From: Porphyridium purpureum | Taxonomy: Eukaryota | DNA: 64,000 nt | Assembly: GCA_008690995.1 (NCBI GenBank) | Contig: VRMN01000008.1 | Location: 248,001-312,000, forward strand | Reading direction: 5' to 3' | In this document: piece after piece, positions 51,068 through 61,565 of the stretch | Layout of the letters: every line of letters starts with the position of its first letter | How positions within the stretch are numbered: position 1 is the first letter of the stretch | The notes under the pieces: generated by a model | What the model was told of the DNA's origin: nothing | Database searches by the model: none | Seen by the model: the letters and a program-made list of their open reading frames with translations, nothing else | Made by a program: the position numbers and the translations under genes

Positions 51068-52702
51068 ATGGATGGTATGTCCATGCTATGGTTTGGCGCC
51101 ACTTTTGCCGCGGGCTGCGTGGCGCTGCTGGGTATTGGCCTGTGCGTGTTGGTTGCGCCCGGCCTTGTGCGATTACTGCTGCGTCACTTGCAGAACGAAA
51201 AGGAGATGGCTGCCTTGGTAAAAGCTGGAGTACCGCAATTGCCCCCGACTGAGCCGGTGCATCGGTACGCGAGGTGCCACGCGCATGTATTCCCGCTGGT
51301 TGGGGTGCACGAATCGACACGGTACTTGGTACAAATGGCTCGCATGCTTGGTTCAGAGGTGTTCGTCGTGCGCTTTATCACGGGTGCACCCCGCGTCGTG
51401 ATCTCGTCGCTCAGCGGCATCCGGCACGTGCTCTTTGTGAATTTGAGTAACTATGTGCGTGCGCCACTCGCAAGGCAAACGTTGAGCGACTTGGTAGGAG
51501 AGTCGTCAGTGATCCTTGCCGAAGGTCCTGAACACGCAAGGCTGCGCAGAATGGTGCACAGTATGTTCAAGGCATCGTCCCTCTTGGATGCCGCTCCCAT
51601 TTTTTTCAAACTGGCCCGCGAGCTGGTGGAGCAGTGGCGTCCTGCGTGTTCTACAGAGCACGGCGCGGTGCAGCATCACGTTGAACAGCGAATGGTGACA
51701 TTTGCATTGGATGCCATCCTTCAGTATTCTTTCAATTCATCTGCGTTCACAGATGAACTTGCCGCGGCGTACTCAACAATCTTTGGAGGGGATGACGATC
51801 CAATACTGCTAATGATGCTGGAGCGCATGATGTTTCCCTGGCTCAAATGGACTTCTCCGACTTTGCGGAGGCGACAGAAAGCTGTGCGGTCTGTGCGTGA
51901 ACTTTCACGCGCGGCCGTCGAGGATCGACAGCGTCAGCGCACAGCCTCGCAGGACGTTGATCACGAGAGCGAGCCTCAAGATATGCTCGACAAACTGTTG
52001 GACGCTCAGGATCCGGAAAACCCGAGTGGCATGAATCTGAGTCAGACCGAGGTTGTTGATCAAATACTGACAAATTTCTCTGCTGGTCAAGCGACCACTT
52101 CTGTGGTAATGAGCTGGGGGCTTTGGGTGCTTGCTTCAAACGCTGTCGTGCAGCAGAACGTGCACCAGCACGTGTCTGAACTGCAGTCCAGTGAGAAGTA
52201 TTGCGCTTGTACATCTGATAGCGCCCGTCTAGAACTCCTGGACCAGCTTGAGTACCTTGATTGGTTCATCTACGAGTTGATGCGTTTATACTTACCAGTT
52301 CCTTTCATGACACGGGTGACGCTGGCGGATGACATCATTGACGGGTGGTTGGTCCCCAAGGGAACCACGTGTGTTACCGACTTGGCAGCTCTGATGCTTT
52401 CGCGCGACATTTTTGGAGAGGACGTGGACACGTTCAGGCCAGAACGGTGGGCCCCTGGCCCGGCAAACCCGCGCGCGTTGGCTCAGAGGGAAGTTCTGAG
52501 CGTACTTCCTTTCAGCATAGGCCCGCATAGTTGCTTGGGCCGCCGGTTTGCTCTCTTCGAAATCAAGGTGGTATTGAGCAGTGTGCTGACCGCTTTCCAT
52601 ATTTCACTGCCAGCAGGCGCGACCTCCGAAAAGGAGCCCAAGCGGTGCGGCTTTTTGGGATCCCCCTCGAATGTATCTCTGTGCTTGTCCCAGCGAAACT
52701 AA
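51068..52702 (+). CDS. Cytochrome P450 (ER-anchored)
   Basis: N-terminal TM anchor, I-helix SAGQATT, ELMR (ExxR), FRPERW, PFSIGPHSCLG (heme Cys). Confidence 0.95.
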   Translation: MDGMSMLWFGATFAAGCVALLGIGLCVLVAPGLVRLLLRHLQNEKEMAALVKAGVPQLPPTEPVHRYARCHAHVFPLVGVHESTRYLVQMARMLGSEVFVVRFITGAPRVVISSLSGIRHVLFVNLSNYVRAPLARQTLSDLVGESSVILAEGPEHARLRRMVHSMFKASSLLDAAPIFFKLARELVEQWRPACSTEHGAVQHHVEQRMVTFALDAILQYSFNSSAFTDELAAAYSTIFGGDDDPILLMMLERMMFPWLKWTSPTLRRRQKAVRSVRELSRAAVEDRQRQRTASQDVDHESEPQDMLDKLLDAQDPENPSGMNLSQTEVVDQILTNFSAGQATTSVVMSWGLWVLASNAVVQQNVHQHVSELQSSEKYCACTSDSARLELLDQLEYLDWFIYELMRLYLPVPFMTRVTLADDIIDGWLVPKGTTCVTDLAALMLSRDIFGEDVDTFRPERWAPGPANPRALAQREVLSVLPFSIGPHSCLGRRFALFEIKVVLSSVLTAFHISLPAGATSEKEPKRCGFLGSPSNVSLCLSQRN

Positions 52703-52817
52703 GTGCTTGTGCAAGAGCAAATACGCCCGTTTAATGATGAGGTCACAATGAAAAGTACTTGATGAGTTCCAGTAAATATACAGGGTATCGACTTTCTGCC
52801 ATTCAGCTTGCGGTAGA

Positions 52818-54839
52818 TCAACGGCGCACTTCCTCGACGAAAACCATCACGTCTCCAGACACAGTCATGCAAGGCACCAGACCAGCACTTTGTCGCGAGA
52901 CTCCAGGCAGGCGTTCCGTGTCATCTGGAGGTGTTATGGGTACGTACACGACGGCGGTGTAAATGGCGCACAAACCGGCAGGCTCTTCGTCCATGAGTAC
53001 ACACGACCAAACTTCATGGTCCACATACTCGCACATGCCCGGAGTACCCTGGACCGGCAGAAGAATCGGCACGACATGAGGTGAGCACATGCAGTCGTCT
53101 GGTCCCATGGACGGCTCCGTCGATGGGGATGGCATATCTGACGGGTCTTGGGAAGGTGATTGGGAAGGTGCCTCCGAGGGTGACTCACCCGGTGATGTTT
53201 CCGCCGGTGTCTCCGAAGGGCTTTCCGAAGGGCTCTCCGAAGGCATTTCCGAAGGCATTTCCGAAGGCGTTTCCGAAGGCGTTTCCGAAGGCGTTTCCGA
53301 AGGCGTTTCCGAAGGCGTTTCCGAAGGCGTTTCAGAGGGCGTTTCAGAGGGCGCCTCAGAAGGCTCTTCGCTATTTGCCGGGCATTCAATCAAACAGCCG
53401 TGCGCAAGCGGTACTTCCACCGTAATACCAAAGTCAAACTCATCTGGGTCAAACCCAATCAAATCGAGTGTCGCACCAAAGTCGAGAGCCTTGGCAGCAA
53501 AGTCAGCAGTGCCATAGTGGCATTCTAGACAAGTGACTCCGAAATCACCTTCCTCTTCCTCGGGACCAAAGGGGGGCAACTTGAACTCAAGCCCGAGTTC
53601 CAACCCTGCGCTGAAGCCAACCTCTACCGTGGCCAGCCCAGCAAATTCAGCACGCAACTCTGGTCGAAGCCCTCCGAAGCCCGTCACCTTCGCAATTATT
53701 TCTGCATTCAGCGATGCAGATGGATTGTTCTCGTTCGGGTCACCTTGATTCCCTGCGATGCGAGTAAAGTAATTGTCAAACGGGTTGGCTGCCACACGGA
53801 ATTCAAATGTGTCCGAAAAGGTCTGCGTCACCTCAATGTTCAAGGTGGCCTCGAGCTCCACCGTTGCCTTGGCCACTGCGGAGATATCCACAAAGAAGCC
53901 AACTTTGATTGGTAAGCTCTTGAACCCGAATCCCACATACGGCAGCGGCGCACTAAGCAGCTCCTTTTCGCCCTCATACGTATAGCTGATGGTTGCTGAT
54001 GCCTCGGCCTTCACCTTGGTCGTACGTGAATACACAAAACGCACGGTCGTGGAAACAGGAATGTAGAACACCTTGCGCACGTGTACACGAGTGATCTCGA
54101 CGCTCAATGAAACAGACGCGCTGATTCCGATCTTCCCGGCAACAGTCACCGAGTGTGGTCCGGCTTGTGCCTCCAGTTCTGACCCAATTGAGAAGGAAAT
54201 CGACTTTTCGATCATTGCCTTGAGGTTACCCGAAGCAGCTCGCGAGACTGTGTTCTCAAAGTTCAGAGTAACATGCTCCTCCGGGATACCCACCGCAGCC
54301 AGCATGCGCATGCTCGACGAGAATGGACGCGAATCCAGTAGAATATCGGCGTCCTGAAACACAATGTTTTCGTCTTCGTCCATGGTCGTGAGAAATACAT
54401 CGTCGAAGTCACCTGATACCCCCACAATGCGCTTGTACTGCGCTTCAGGTACCTGGTCCTCCAGCGGCAGCGACTCGTTTACACACCCAAATGCGCCAGA
54501 AATGGTCAGGATTGTATTCAGTGGCCACAAGTCCCCCATCATGGTAGTGATTGGGGAATATTCGGGCAAGAAGACAACATGCACGAGATTTCCGGAGCAT
54601 GTGACGGATTCAATGACGTCCGCAAGCTCATCCAAAGCGATGACGCCGTCAGGATTGTACACGACGTCGTACATGACAAAACGCTCCATCGAATCGCCGA
54701 CCTCGACGGGATAAATTTCTTCACCCATATCAGCGCCAGTGAGTACTGTTTGTGCCGACACATTGTCGCAGATCAAGAGGACAGCAGCCAGCAGAATCAG
54801 ACTGCGGGGCGCCTGCAAGCGCCGGGGCAGCACAACCAT
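52818..54839 (-). CDS. Secreted acidic beta-rich protein with (PSET)n linker and C-terminal Cys-rich module
   Basis: Signal peptide LILLAAVLLICDNVSA-Q after ATG 54839 (the ORF is open to the ATG at 54935), beta-strand-rich core, PSE[T/M/S] repeats, 6-Cys C-terminal domain. Confidence 0.8.
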   Translation of the reverse strand: MVVLPRRLQAPRSLILLAAVLLICDNVSAQTVLTGADMGEEIYPVEVGDSMERFVMYDVVYNPDGVIALDELADVIESVTCSGNLVHVVFLPEYSPITTMMGDLWPLNTILTISGAFGCVNESLPLEDQVPEAQYKRIVGVSGDFDDVFLTTMDEDENIVFQDADILLDSRPFSSSMRMLAAVGIPEEHVTLNFENTVSRAASGNLKAMIEKSISFSIGSELEAQAGPHSVTVAGKIGISASVSLSVEITRVHVRKVFYIPVSTTVRFVYSRTTKVKAEASATISYTYEGEKELLSAPLPYVGFGFKSLPIKVGFFVDISAVAKATVELEATLNIEVTQTFSDTFEFRVAANPFDNYFTRIAGNQGDPNENNPSASLNAEIIAKVTGFGGLRPELRAEFAGLATVEVGFSAGLELGLEFKLPPFGPEEEEGDFGVTCLECHYGTADFAAKALDFGATLDLIGFDPDEFDFGITVEVPLAHGCLIECPANSEEPSEAPSETPSETPSETPSETPSETPSETPSETPSEMPSEMPSESPSESPSETPAETSPGESPSEAPSQSPSQDPSDMPSPSTEPSMGPDDCMCSPHVVPILLPVQGTPGMCEYVDHEVWSCVLMDEEPAGLCAIYTAVVYVPITPPDDTERLPGVSRQSAGLVPCMTVSGDVMVFVEEVRR
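53212..53364. repeat. 12-bp coding tandem repeat (TCCGAAGGCGTT), about 13 copies, encoding PSET on the minus strand
   Basis: Direct reading. Confidence 0.92.
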
Positions 54840-56056
54840 CTCAGCGTGAGGTGATCCAGAGATTGCTTCTGCTTCAATGCTCGTTTCCTTTTCCTGTCTT
54901 GCTCTGTGCACTGCCCTTTCTCTCTGCGAATCCAACTACCAGCAAGAGATGTGATTCCGCTGGTGTTGTTGCCCGTCTCCTTTTTCTTCGACGACTGACT
55001 CTCATTCTTCAATCAGAGAAGCCTGCCGACCGGGCATCTCATTATATGGCCTCCGCAACACACCGCCAGACAGGAAATCTCGGATCGGATGCTATGAAGA
55101 TGACTTGAGAATCGATAGGTGACCTTTCGCACCGCTGTGTGCAGCCACGTTTCGGAGTACCATAGCAGCAGCGGCCCCAGTCGAGATTTTGAGATTCCGG
55201 ACATCCACATGTGCCATCCAAAGCAAGGCTGCCTGACTTGCGCTTCACAATGTACAAAGGCGGGAACGTTCAAGTTGGCACGAACGCCATTACACCAACG
55301 TGCCACCGCACCTTGAAGCAGCCAAGTGTGCCATGCGAAATAGGGCAGCGTGCCAGGGCCTCCGCAACCTGGCCTGGGCTAAACAGTCCAAGCTCGTACG
55401 CACAAGGCATTACACCGCAGTGCCACGACCTTTCCCATAAGCAGGTTTCGTGGAATCGAGCGTCTGCATCGTCCCCGCACGTGCTGGTCCATCCAAATCT
55501 GACCGTGCCTTGAAGCCGAATACAGACACGGAATGAAATCCAAAGCAAATCACGAAACAGAATGGCGGCATCTCGCCGCTCAATCAGCCAGCTACCCGAT
55601 TGGTCAGCCGCTTATTTGTCTTCCAATCCTTAAACGGACAGCGACGGATACTCCCTACCAACTTTCACGGCTGTGTCGCATTACACGACCATCGCACGAT
55701 CATCTCAAACTCATCCCCACCTTCCGGTTCGCGTTCACAGCACGTCTGGCTTCATGTTGGGTTTACGTTGGCTTCGTGGGAATTCTACTTCACCCACGGT
55801 ATACTCTCTCCTTCGGCGTGTCCATGCCACCCTGCGTCCACGTGTCCGTCAAATAGTCCTCCTCTCCGTTTGTCTCCTGATGCGAAGCAACGACAGCGTG
55901 CGACTTTCCAAATCACAAAACCCTAAGCATTACACCACCTTGGACCGTTAGACCGATGAGTCAATAAACCGATAAGAACGACAAGGTCGGACCCGGAGTT
56001 GCCGCGGGAAGCAGGAGACTGCAAGCTGCGAGCAGGCTTTGTGCTTGCGGAGATAC

Positions 56057-57629
56057 ATGGCGACGTACACTACGGAAGATGGCGAGAAATGAGTGCCTGG
56101 TATGAAGCGAGCGGCCCGACTTGATGTCGCTTCGTGGCTCGAATGCACCAAGACCGGTCAGAAAAATGCTGCCGAGAAAACATGGAGACAGCGAAGCAAG
56201 GACAACTACTTATACAGCGAGTTTGAGCGCCAACGCCATGACGTCGGCCGAAAGTTCGTCGAAACACCTCGGTTGCTGAGTGCAGTGGGTTCTAAAGCTT
56301 CTCGAAGGGAATGGCAATGTGCCGAAAATAAATTATGAGCCTCGCCTACGTCGCGTCGACGATTGTGGTGGGAGCGGAGCAAAACGCTTCATGTACAAGA
56401 TACGGTGCAGCGATAAAGGACCGCGAGCTGGTGCAGCCTGAGCACATGCATCGCGCTTGGTCCTGGTACGTGAACAAGATATTGGATTTGTTTGGCAAAG
56501 ATGAAACGTCAAATCGCAAGAACTATACAATGCCGAACAGCAGTTGGCGTCGAGGCAGGTCACTCGAACCATTCCTTGATGCTCCGCGTCGAGATTTCAG
56601 AACTGAGGAACGAAGCAAGGCCAGGCGGTACTTCATGAAGCGCATGCCCCGTGAGTGTGGCCCTGGAGAAGAGGAGCCCATAAAGCAGCCCCTCAAGCGT
56701 GTGGAGCAGCACTGCTGGCATTCCCGTCGATGGCTCCGCGATAATCAAGCAGGCATTCTCGAGCACAATATCGGAGCCTTCAGTGTCCTATCCTTGCGCA
56801 GCTTCATTTTGAAGCACACCATAATCGACACTCGCGTCTTGCAAGGGTTATTGTACCGTGCTACTGAGCACACCGGCTGTTCTAACCCAGAACGTATACC
56901 TGCATTCTCGGCCAACGCTAGGCATGACCGGGAGACCTACTTAAGATTCGGTAAAGCAAAACGAAAGAACACAGAGACGTGACTTGGAGGCAATGATCAA
57001 GACTGAGCGATCGCAATGCTGTCAGCTGTAGTCTCAGCAAAGCGCGAGCTGTAGGCAGTGTCAAAAAGGTCGACAAGAAGCTCGCAGATGTCGCGCGAGC
57101 CACTGCTCAGGATAGTGCAGGCAAGGGTGCGGCAGCATTAGACCCTGGTCATGTTGACCCTGTCAAGTACGCTCAGATGCAAGATGATGAGACTGAGACG
57201 CCAGCATTCTCAGGCTGTAGCCACGAGGAAGACATGCAGAAGATCGATTGCAAGAAAGCTCGCGACAAACGCAGCGTACGGACGAACAGAGCAAATTTGG
57301 TAAGAGCTGTGAACCAGCTGCCGAGCGCCAAGACCCCTAACACTTTGCTGATGCTTGGACATCTCTCACACTTGCTCAACATCGTGAAAAGGCTAGTGGA
57401 GCTGAGCCGCCGGAGGCGAGTTTGGAGCTTGAAATTCTCGGCGCACTGCCCAGTGGAACGAATAATGTGTGGCATCTGTCAACGGCTCCTATCTGAAGCT
57501 AATTCAACTATAGAGAGACATGCGGTAGTATCTCTTGAAGTGGGTATGTTCAATCGCTGCAGTCGCGGCCACCGCGCTGGCTCCCTGAAGGATGCGCGGA
57601 GCACAATAGGCGAAGAGGCACTGACGTGA
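56057..57629 (+). pseudogene. Possible decayed gene or element remnant
   Basis: Successive short plus-strand ORFs in shifting frames (56093-56338, 56335-56982, about 57010-57629) within the only gene-free stretch of about 3 kb; no recognisable domain. Confidence 0.25.
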
Positions 57630-58206
57630 GCGACGCGAGTGACGAGTGCGTTAGGATTCAGTGCGACTACCGTCACAACAACGCAGTGCGCCGTATACCG
57701 TGCAGACGGCGTGTACGCAATCTATTGTTTGCAACGACATGCCACCGCCAGACTTTGCGTCACGTTACTCATGCGGCAGAGAACGTCCTGCTGAATTTTC
57801 AAGGACAAGGTCATGCGTGGCAGTAGACTGCAAATCCTCAATCGCATGTGTCCCAACTGCACTGGTGCATGCCGCAGCCGCCGAAAGAGAGGCCGCAAGA
57901 GGTGTGAAAACCCGCGGAGCAACGTGTTGAAACTCAGCCAAGGCGCACACGTGCAAGCTGCTGACGTTCCACAAGTCCAAGTCTCTTGCGGAGTAACGTT
58001 ATGTGGCGCGAGAGGTACAGTGGTGTTGCATATGGATCCGCACGAGCACTGTACCCCCACACGCGGAAGATTCGCGCGTGGCGGAACTGCGGCGAGGGAG
58101 AAACACCAGGGACACCGCGACGGGAGACGGGTGGGTGTGTGTGACGGCGGACGACGCGAGTCGGTGGGTTTGTACGTGGCGCGTCCAGACTGGTGCATGA
58201 AGAGAA

Positions 58207-59571
58207 ATGGCGTCGCTGTCGCAGACTCCGCCCGGGGTGATGTTTGGGATGTCTCCGTTGATGACGGCGAGGTCGGGCGATGATGCGTACGGCAGCTTGA
58301 GCAGGCATTCGTTCGAAGGGCTCAGCCTGACGCAGGCCGCGACGCAGATCAAGCTCACATTTCCAAAGGATAAGATCAATTTCTTGCTGCTGGAGAATGT
58401 GTCGCCCAGTGCAGTCGAATTTATGGTCAAGGATGGCTTCAACGTGGAGACGGTGCCGCGCGCACTCACTGAAGATGAGCTGTTGGAGCGCATAGACAAT
58501 GTGTCGGTGCTGGGCATCCGAAGCAAGACGCGCGTCACGCAAAAGGTGCTTGAGAAGGCCCAACGATTGTTGGCCGTCGGCTGCTTTTGTATCGGCACCG
58601 ACCAGGTCGACCTCGCCTTTGCAGAGAAAAAGGGCATTGCGGTGTTCAATGCGCCGTTCGCGAACACGCGCTCTGTTGCGGAGCTCGTGCTCTGTGAAAT
58701 TATCGCGCTGAATCGCCGCCTCACGGACAGAAGCAGCGAAATGCACAGCGGCGTGTGGAATAAGGTGGCCGCGGGCTGCTACGAGGTTCGAGGCAAGACG
58801 CTTGGCATTGTGGGCTATGGGCACATTGGCACGCAGTTATCCATCATGGCAGAAATGATGGGCATGAAAGTGGTCTTTTATGACTTGGTGCCCAAGCTCC
58901 CACTTGGAAACAGTGAACCGCGGAGCACATTGGAAGAGCTGTTGCAAGAATCCGATGTTGTCTCTTTGCATGTGCCCCGATCCGATTTGACAAAGAACAT
59001 GATCGCCAAGGAGCAGCTGGCTCTCATGAAAAAGGGCGCCTTGCTGATCAATGCTGCGCGCGGCACCGTGGTCAAACTCGAGGACTTGGCCGAGTACTTG
59101 AAGTCCGGGCACCTGGGCGGGGCTGCCGTGGACGTGTTTCCGACCGAGCCCGAGAAGAACGGGCCCGGATTTGAATCAGTACTCATTGGCTGCCCTAACA
59201 CAATCCTCACACCACATGTGGCCGGCTCCACGCAAGAGGCGCAGAGCAAAATTGGCGAGGAGGTGGCCGTCGCATTGCTCAAATTTGTCAACATGGGATG
59301 TACAATGGGCTCGGTCAACTTGCCGAACCTGGAACTCCCTGTGTCTTCCAAAGTGCATCGTATCCTCAATCTGCACAAAAACGTTCCCGGTGTGCTCCGC
59401 GACATCAACAACATCCTCGCAAACCTGGACTGCAACGTGAATGCGCAGATGCTCGGTACCACGTCGGAAGTTGGATACCTCATCATCGATGTCGATAAGG
59501 CTACGTCGGCTGAGACAAAAAAGGCCATTGCCGCGCTTCCAGCCAGCATTCGAACCAGACTCTTGTACTAG
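58207..59571 (+). CDS. serA: D-3-phosphoglycerate dehydrogenase (E. coli SerA/yeast Ser3 type, with ACT domain)
   Basis: GIRSKT, GCFCIGTDQVDL, VFNAPFANTRSVAE, GIVGYGHIG, INAARG, DVFP.EP, TPHVAGSTQEAQ, ACT domain HKNVPGVL. Confidence 0.97.
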   Translation: MASLSQTPPGVMFGMSPLMTARSGDDAYGSLSRHSFEGLSLTQAATQIKLTFPKDKINFLLLENVSPSAVEFMVKDGFNVETVPRALTEDELLERIDNVSVLGIRSKTRVTQKVLEKAQRLLAVGCFCIGTDQVDLAFAEKKGIAVFNAPFANTRSVAELVLCEIIALNRRLTDRSSEMHSGVWNKVAAGCYEVRGKTLGIVGYGHIGTQLSIMAEMMGMKVVFYDLVPKLPLGNSEPRSTLEELLQESDVVSLHVPRSDLTKNMIAKEQLALMKKGALLINAARGTVVKLEDLAEYLKSGHLGGAAVDVFPTEPEKNGPGFESVLIGCPNTILTPHVAGSTQEAQSKIGEEVAVALLKFVNMGCTMGSVNLPNLELPVSSKVHRILNLHKNVPGVLRDINNILANLDCNVNAQMLGTTSEVGYLIIDVDKATSAETKKAIAALPASIRTRLLY

Positions 59572-59702
59572 TGAGCTCAGCGCACAAGACGGAAAAAGTC
59601 TTCGTGATGGCTATTTTGTCGCGACCGCCACGCCTCGAGCCTCAAGTATGCGGTCGACTTATTGTCGCGCATGACACGTGCGCGCCGTTTCTTTCAGCTT
59701 GC

Positions 59703-60359
59703 TTACGACAACGAAAAATCTCTGTCCCTGATCTCGTCGATGAGCCAAGTAAACCCGTCTGCGAGCTGTTTAGTAAAATGGGCTGATTCTGCCTGCACTG
59801 CGCTGCAACCGACGACTCGCCAGGAGCGATCCCCGAGTCTGGCATACGCCATGGCGTCGTCCTCATGCAGAGTTTCAATGCGAGTTGCGTTTACATTTGA
59901 CGCAGGGTGAGTTTGCTCAGTGTCCGAAAGGCCCAGCACCTGTGCAATCTGGTCGGGACTCAGTGCGCCCGGTAGGTCCTGTTTGTTAGCCAGCACCAGA
60001 AGCACAGCGCTCGCCATGCGCTCCTCGTTCAGCAACGTGTGCAGCTCGGTGCGGCATATGTCAAGTCGCATGCGGTCCGCCGAGTCCACCACCCAAACCA
60101 GTCCGTCCGTCTGCTCGAAATAGTTTCGCCAGTACGCGCGAATCGTCTTCTGGCCGCCCACGTCCCACAGATGAATGCGCGAGGCGCCGTGCTCCAGCGT
60201 GCGGATCTCGAACCCGAGCGTCGGGCTCACGGTCCGTACATCATCGCCCGTCAAGTTCTTGACGACGGTCGTCTTTCCGGCGTCGTCCAGACCTAGAACG
60301 AGCACGCGAAGCTCTTGTTCGCGCGCCTTCACCTTGCGGATTATGGAAAGGAGCCCCAT
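59703..60359 (-). CDS. ARL2: ADP-ribosylation factor-like GTPase ARL2
   Basis: MGLLSIIRKVK..EQELR, GLDDAGKTT, SPTLGF.I, WDVGGQK.IR.YWRNYFEQTDG, ANKQD, CSA. Confidence 0.93.
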   Translation of the reverse strand: MGLLSIIRKVKAREQELRVLVLGLDDAGKTTVVKNLTGDDVRTVSPTLGFEIRTLEHGASRIHLWDVGGQKTIRAYWRNYFEQTDGLVWVVDSADRMRLDICRTELHTLLNEERMASAVLLVLANKQDLPGALSPDQIAQVLGLSDTEQTHPASNVNATRIETLHEDDAMAYARLGDRSWRVVGCSAVQAESAHFTKQLADGFTWLIDEIRDRDFSLS

Positions 60360-60445
60360 GGGGGAATCCTAAACAACGCGTCGCTCTCGTCACGCTCTAG
60401 TTGCTAGTGTGCGTGCGTGCAACGAATCTTAACTTGCGGGGCGGC

Positions 60446-60805
60446 ATGTCCGCCCCACAAACAGAAATCGGAAAGCCCCCGCCGTCAAGCTTACCGTCTG
60501 CACCGATCGTTTACAGCATGGACGATGACGATGACGACGCTGACGCCAACTCTGATAACGTCGAAAGGTGGAATCAAGACGCAGAGCTAGACACCAGCAC
60601 GCCCGTGTGCTGCTGTCCGTGCTGCTGCGAATGCTGTGCAAAATGTTGCTGTGCGTGCTGTCTCCGCAAAGGCCCGCCCCGGCCACCAGTCGCGCACTCG
60701 GACGCCTCCCAGTACGACCGTGTGGTCATGCAGCAGGAGTGCTCTGAAGTTTGTTGTGAGTTGGGTGCGTGCATAGTATGCCTGGCGTGCTGCGAATTAA
60801 TGTGA
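60446..60805 (+). CDS. Small Cys-rich protein (CYSTM/metallothionein-like)
   Basis: 119 aa with 20 Cys: CCCPCCCECCAKCCCACC and terminal CSEVCCELGACIVCLACCELM; acidic tract. Confidence 0.65.
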   Translation: MSAPQTEIGKPPPSSLPSAPIVYSMDDDDDDADANSDNVERWNQDAELDTSTPVCCCPCCCECCAKCCCACCLRKGPPRPPVAHSDASQYDRVVMQQECSEVCCELGACIVCLACCELM

Positions 60806-61087
60806 AGGATGTCAGAGAACGCTGCGTAAGGTTGCCGTTTAATAATTTCACACGGACGCTGCGCAAGTTGCGGCATGCTGCGACGCTACGGAGTGACGTA
60901 CTTGAAATGGAAGTAGATTGTGTCAGCTATTTTATACATATAAGGACGAGCTTTGTCCCTGACTCCTTTCAACCCTCTGAAAGACACGCGCGTCTTGCGT
61001 ATTCCGTTGATGGCTCCCGCTTTCACCCAAGGAGACAAAAGAGCGCGCTCTGCGTGCCAGGTCGACCATAGTGGTCTCTCTCTCTCT

Positions 61088-61366
61088 CTAAAAGTCCCGC
61101 TCATCGTCCTCCCTGCCTGCATTGTTGGCATCCTCAATTGAATCGATCCAGCTCGCATACACATCCACGCCCTTCTCCAGCTTGTGCACCTTCTTCACAA
61201 AGTGCTCCTTGCAATTGCGGCACGACACGGTGCCGAGCTTCTCGGTCGCGTCGATCTTCGAGTCGACGCAATTCTCGTTCCCGCACATCGGGCAGTCAAA
61301 CACCTTTTCCAGGGTGGGCCGCTTGGCTTTCGGCGGTGGCTTGGATGCCTTCTTCCGCTTCCCCAT
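61088..61366 (-). CDS. ELF1: Transcription elongation factor Elf1/ELOF1
   Basis: MGKRKK..KPP.K...L.KVFDCPMC...C..C...L...VDVY..WID. Confidence 0.93.
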   Translation of the reverse strand: MGKRKKASKPPPKAKRPTLEKVFDCPMCGNENCVDSKIDATEKLGTVSCRNCKEHFVKKVHKLEKGVDVYASWIDSIEDANNAGREDDERDF

Positions 61367-61565
61367 CCCACACAATGCCGGACAGACAGCCCACAAACAC
61401 AATCGAGCCACTGGTCTTTCGTCACGGCGCGTCCTGCGTGGGGTCGCCAGCAAGCCGAGCGCTTCTGACGTTTTTGCGCGGCAAGACGCGCGGCAGTGAG
61501 AGGGACGGAGAGGAAGAGAAGAGGAAGGGGGAGAGGAAGGTGATCAGAAGGGAAGGGCGCTGACG

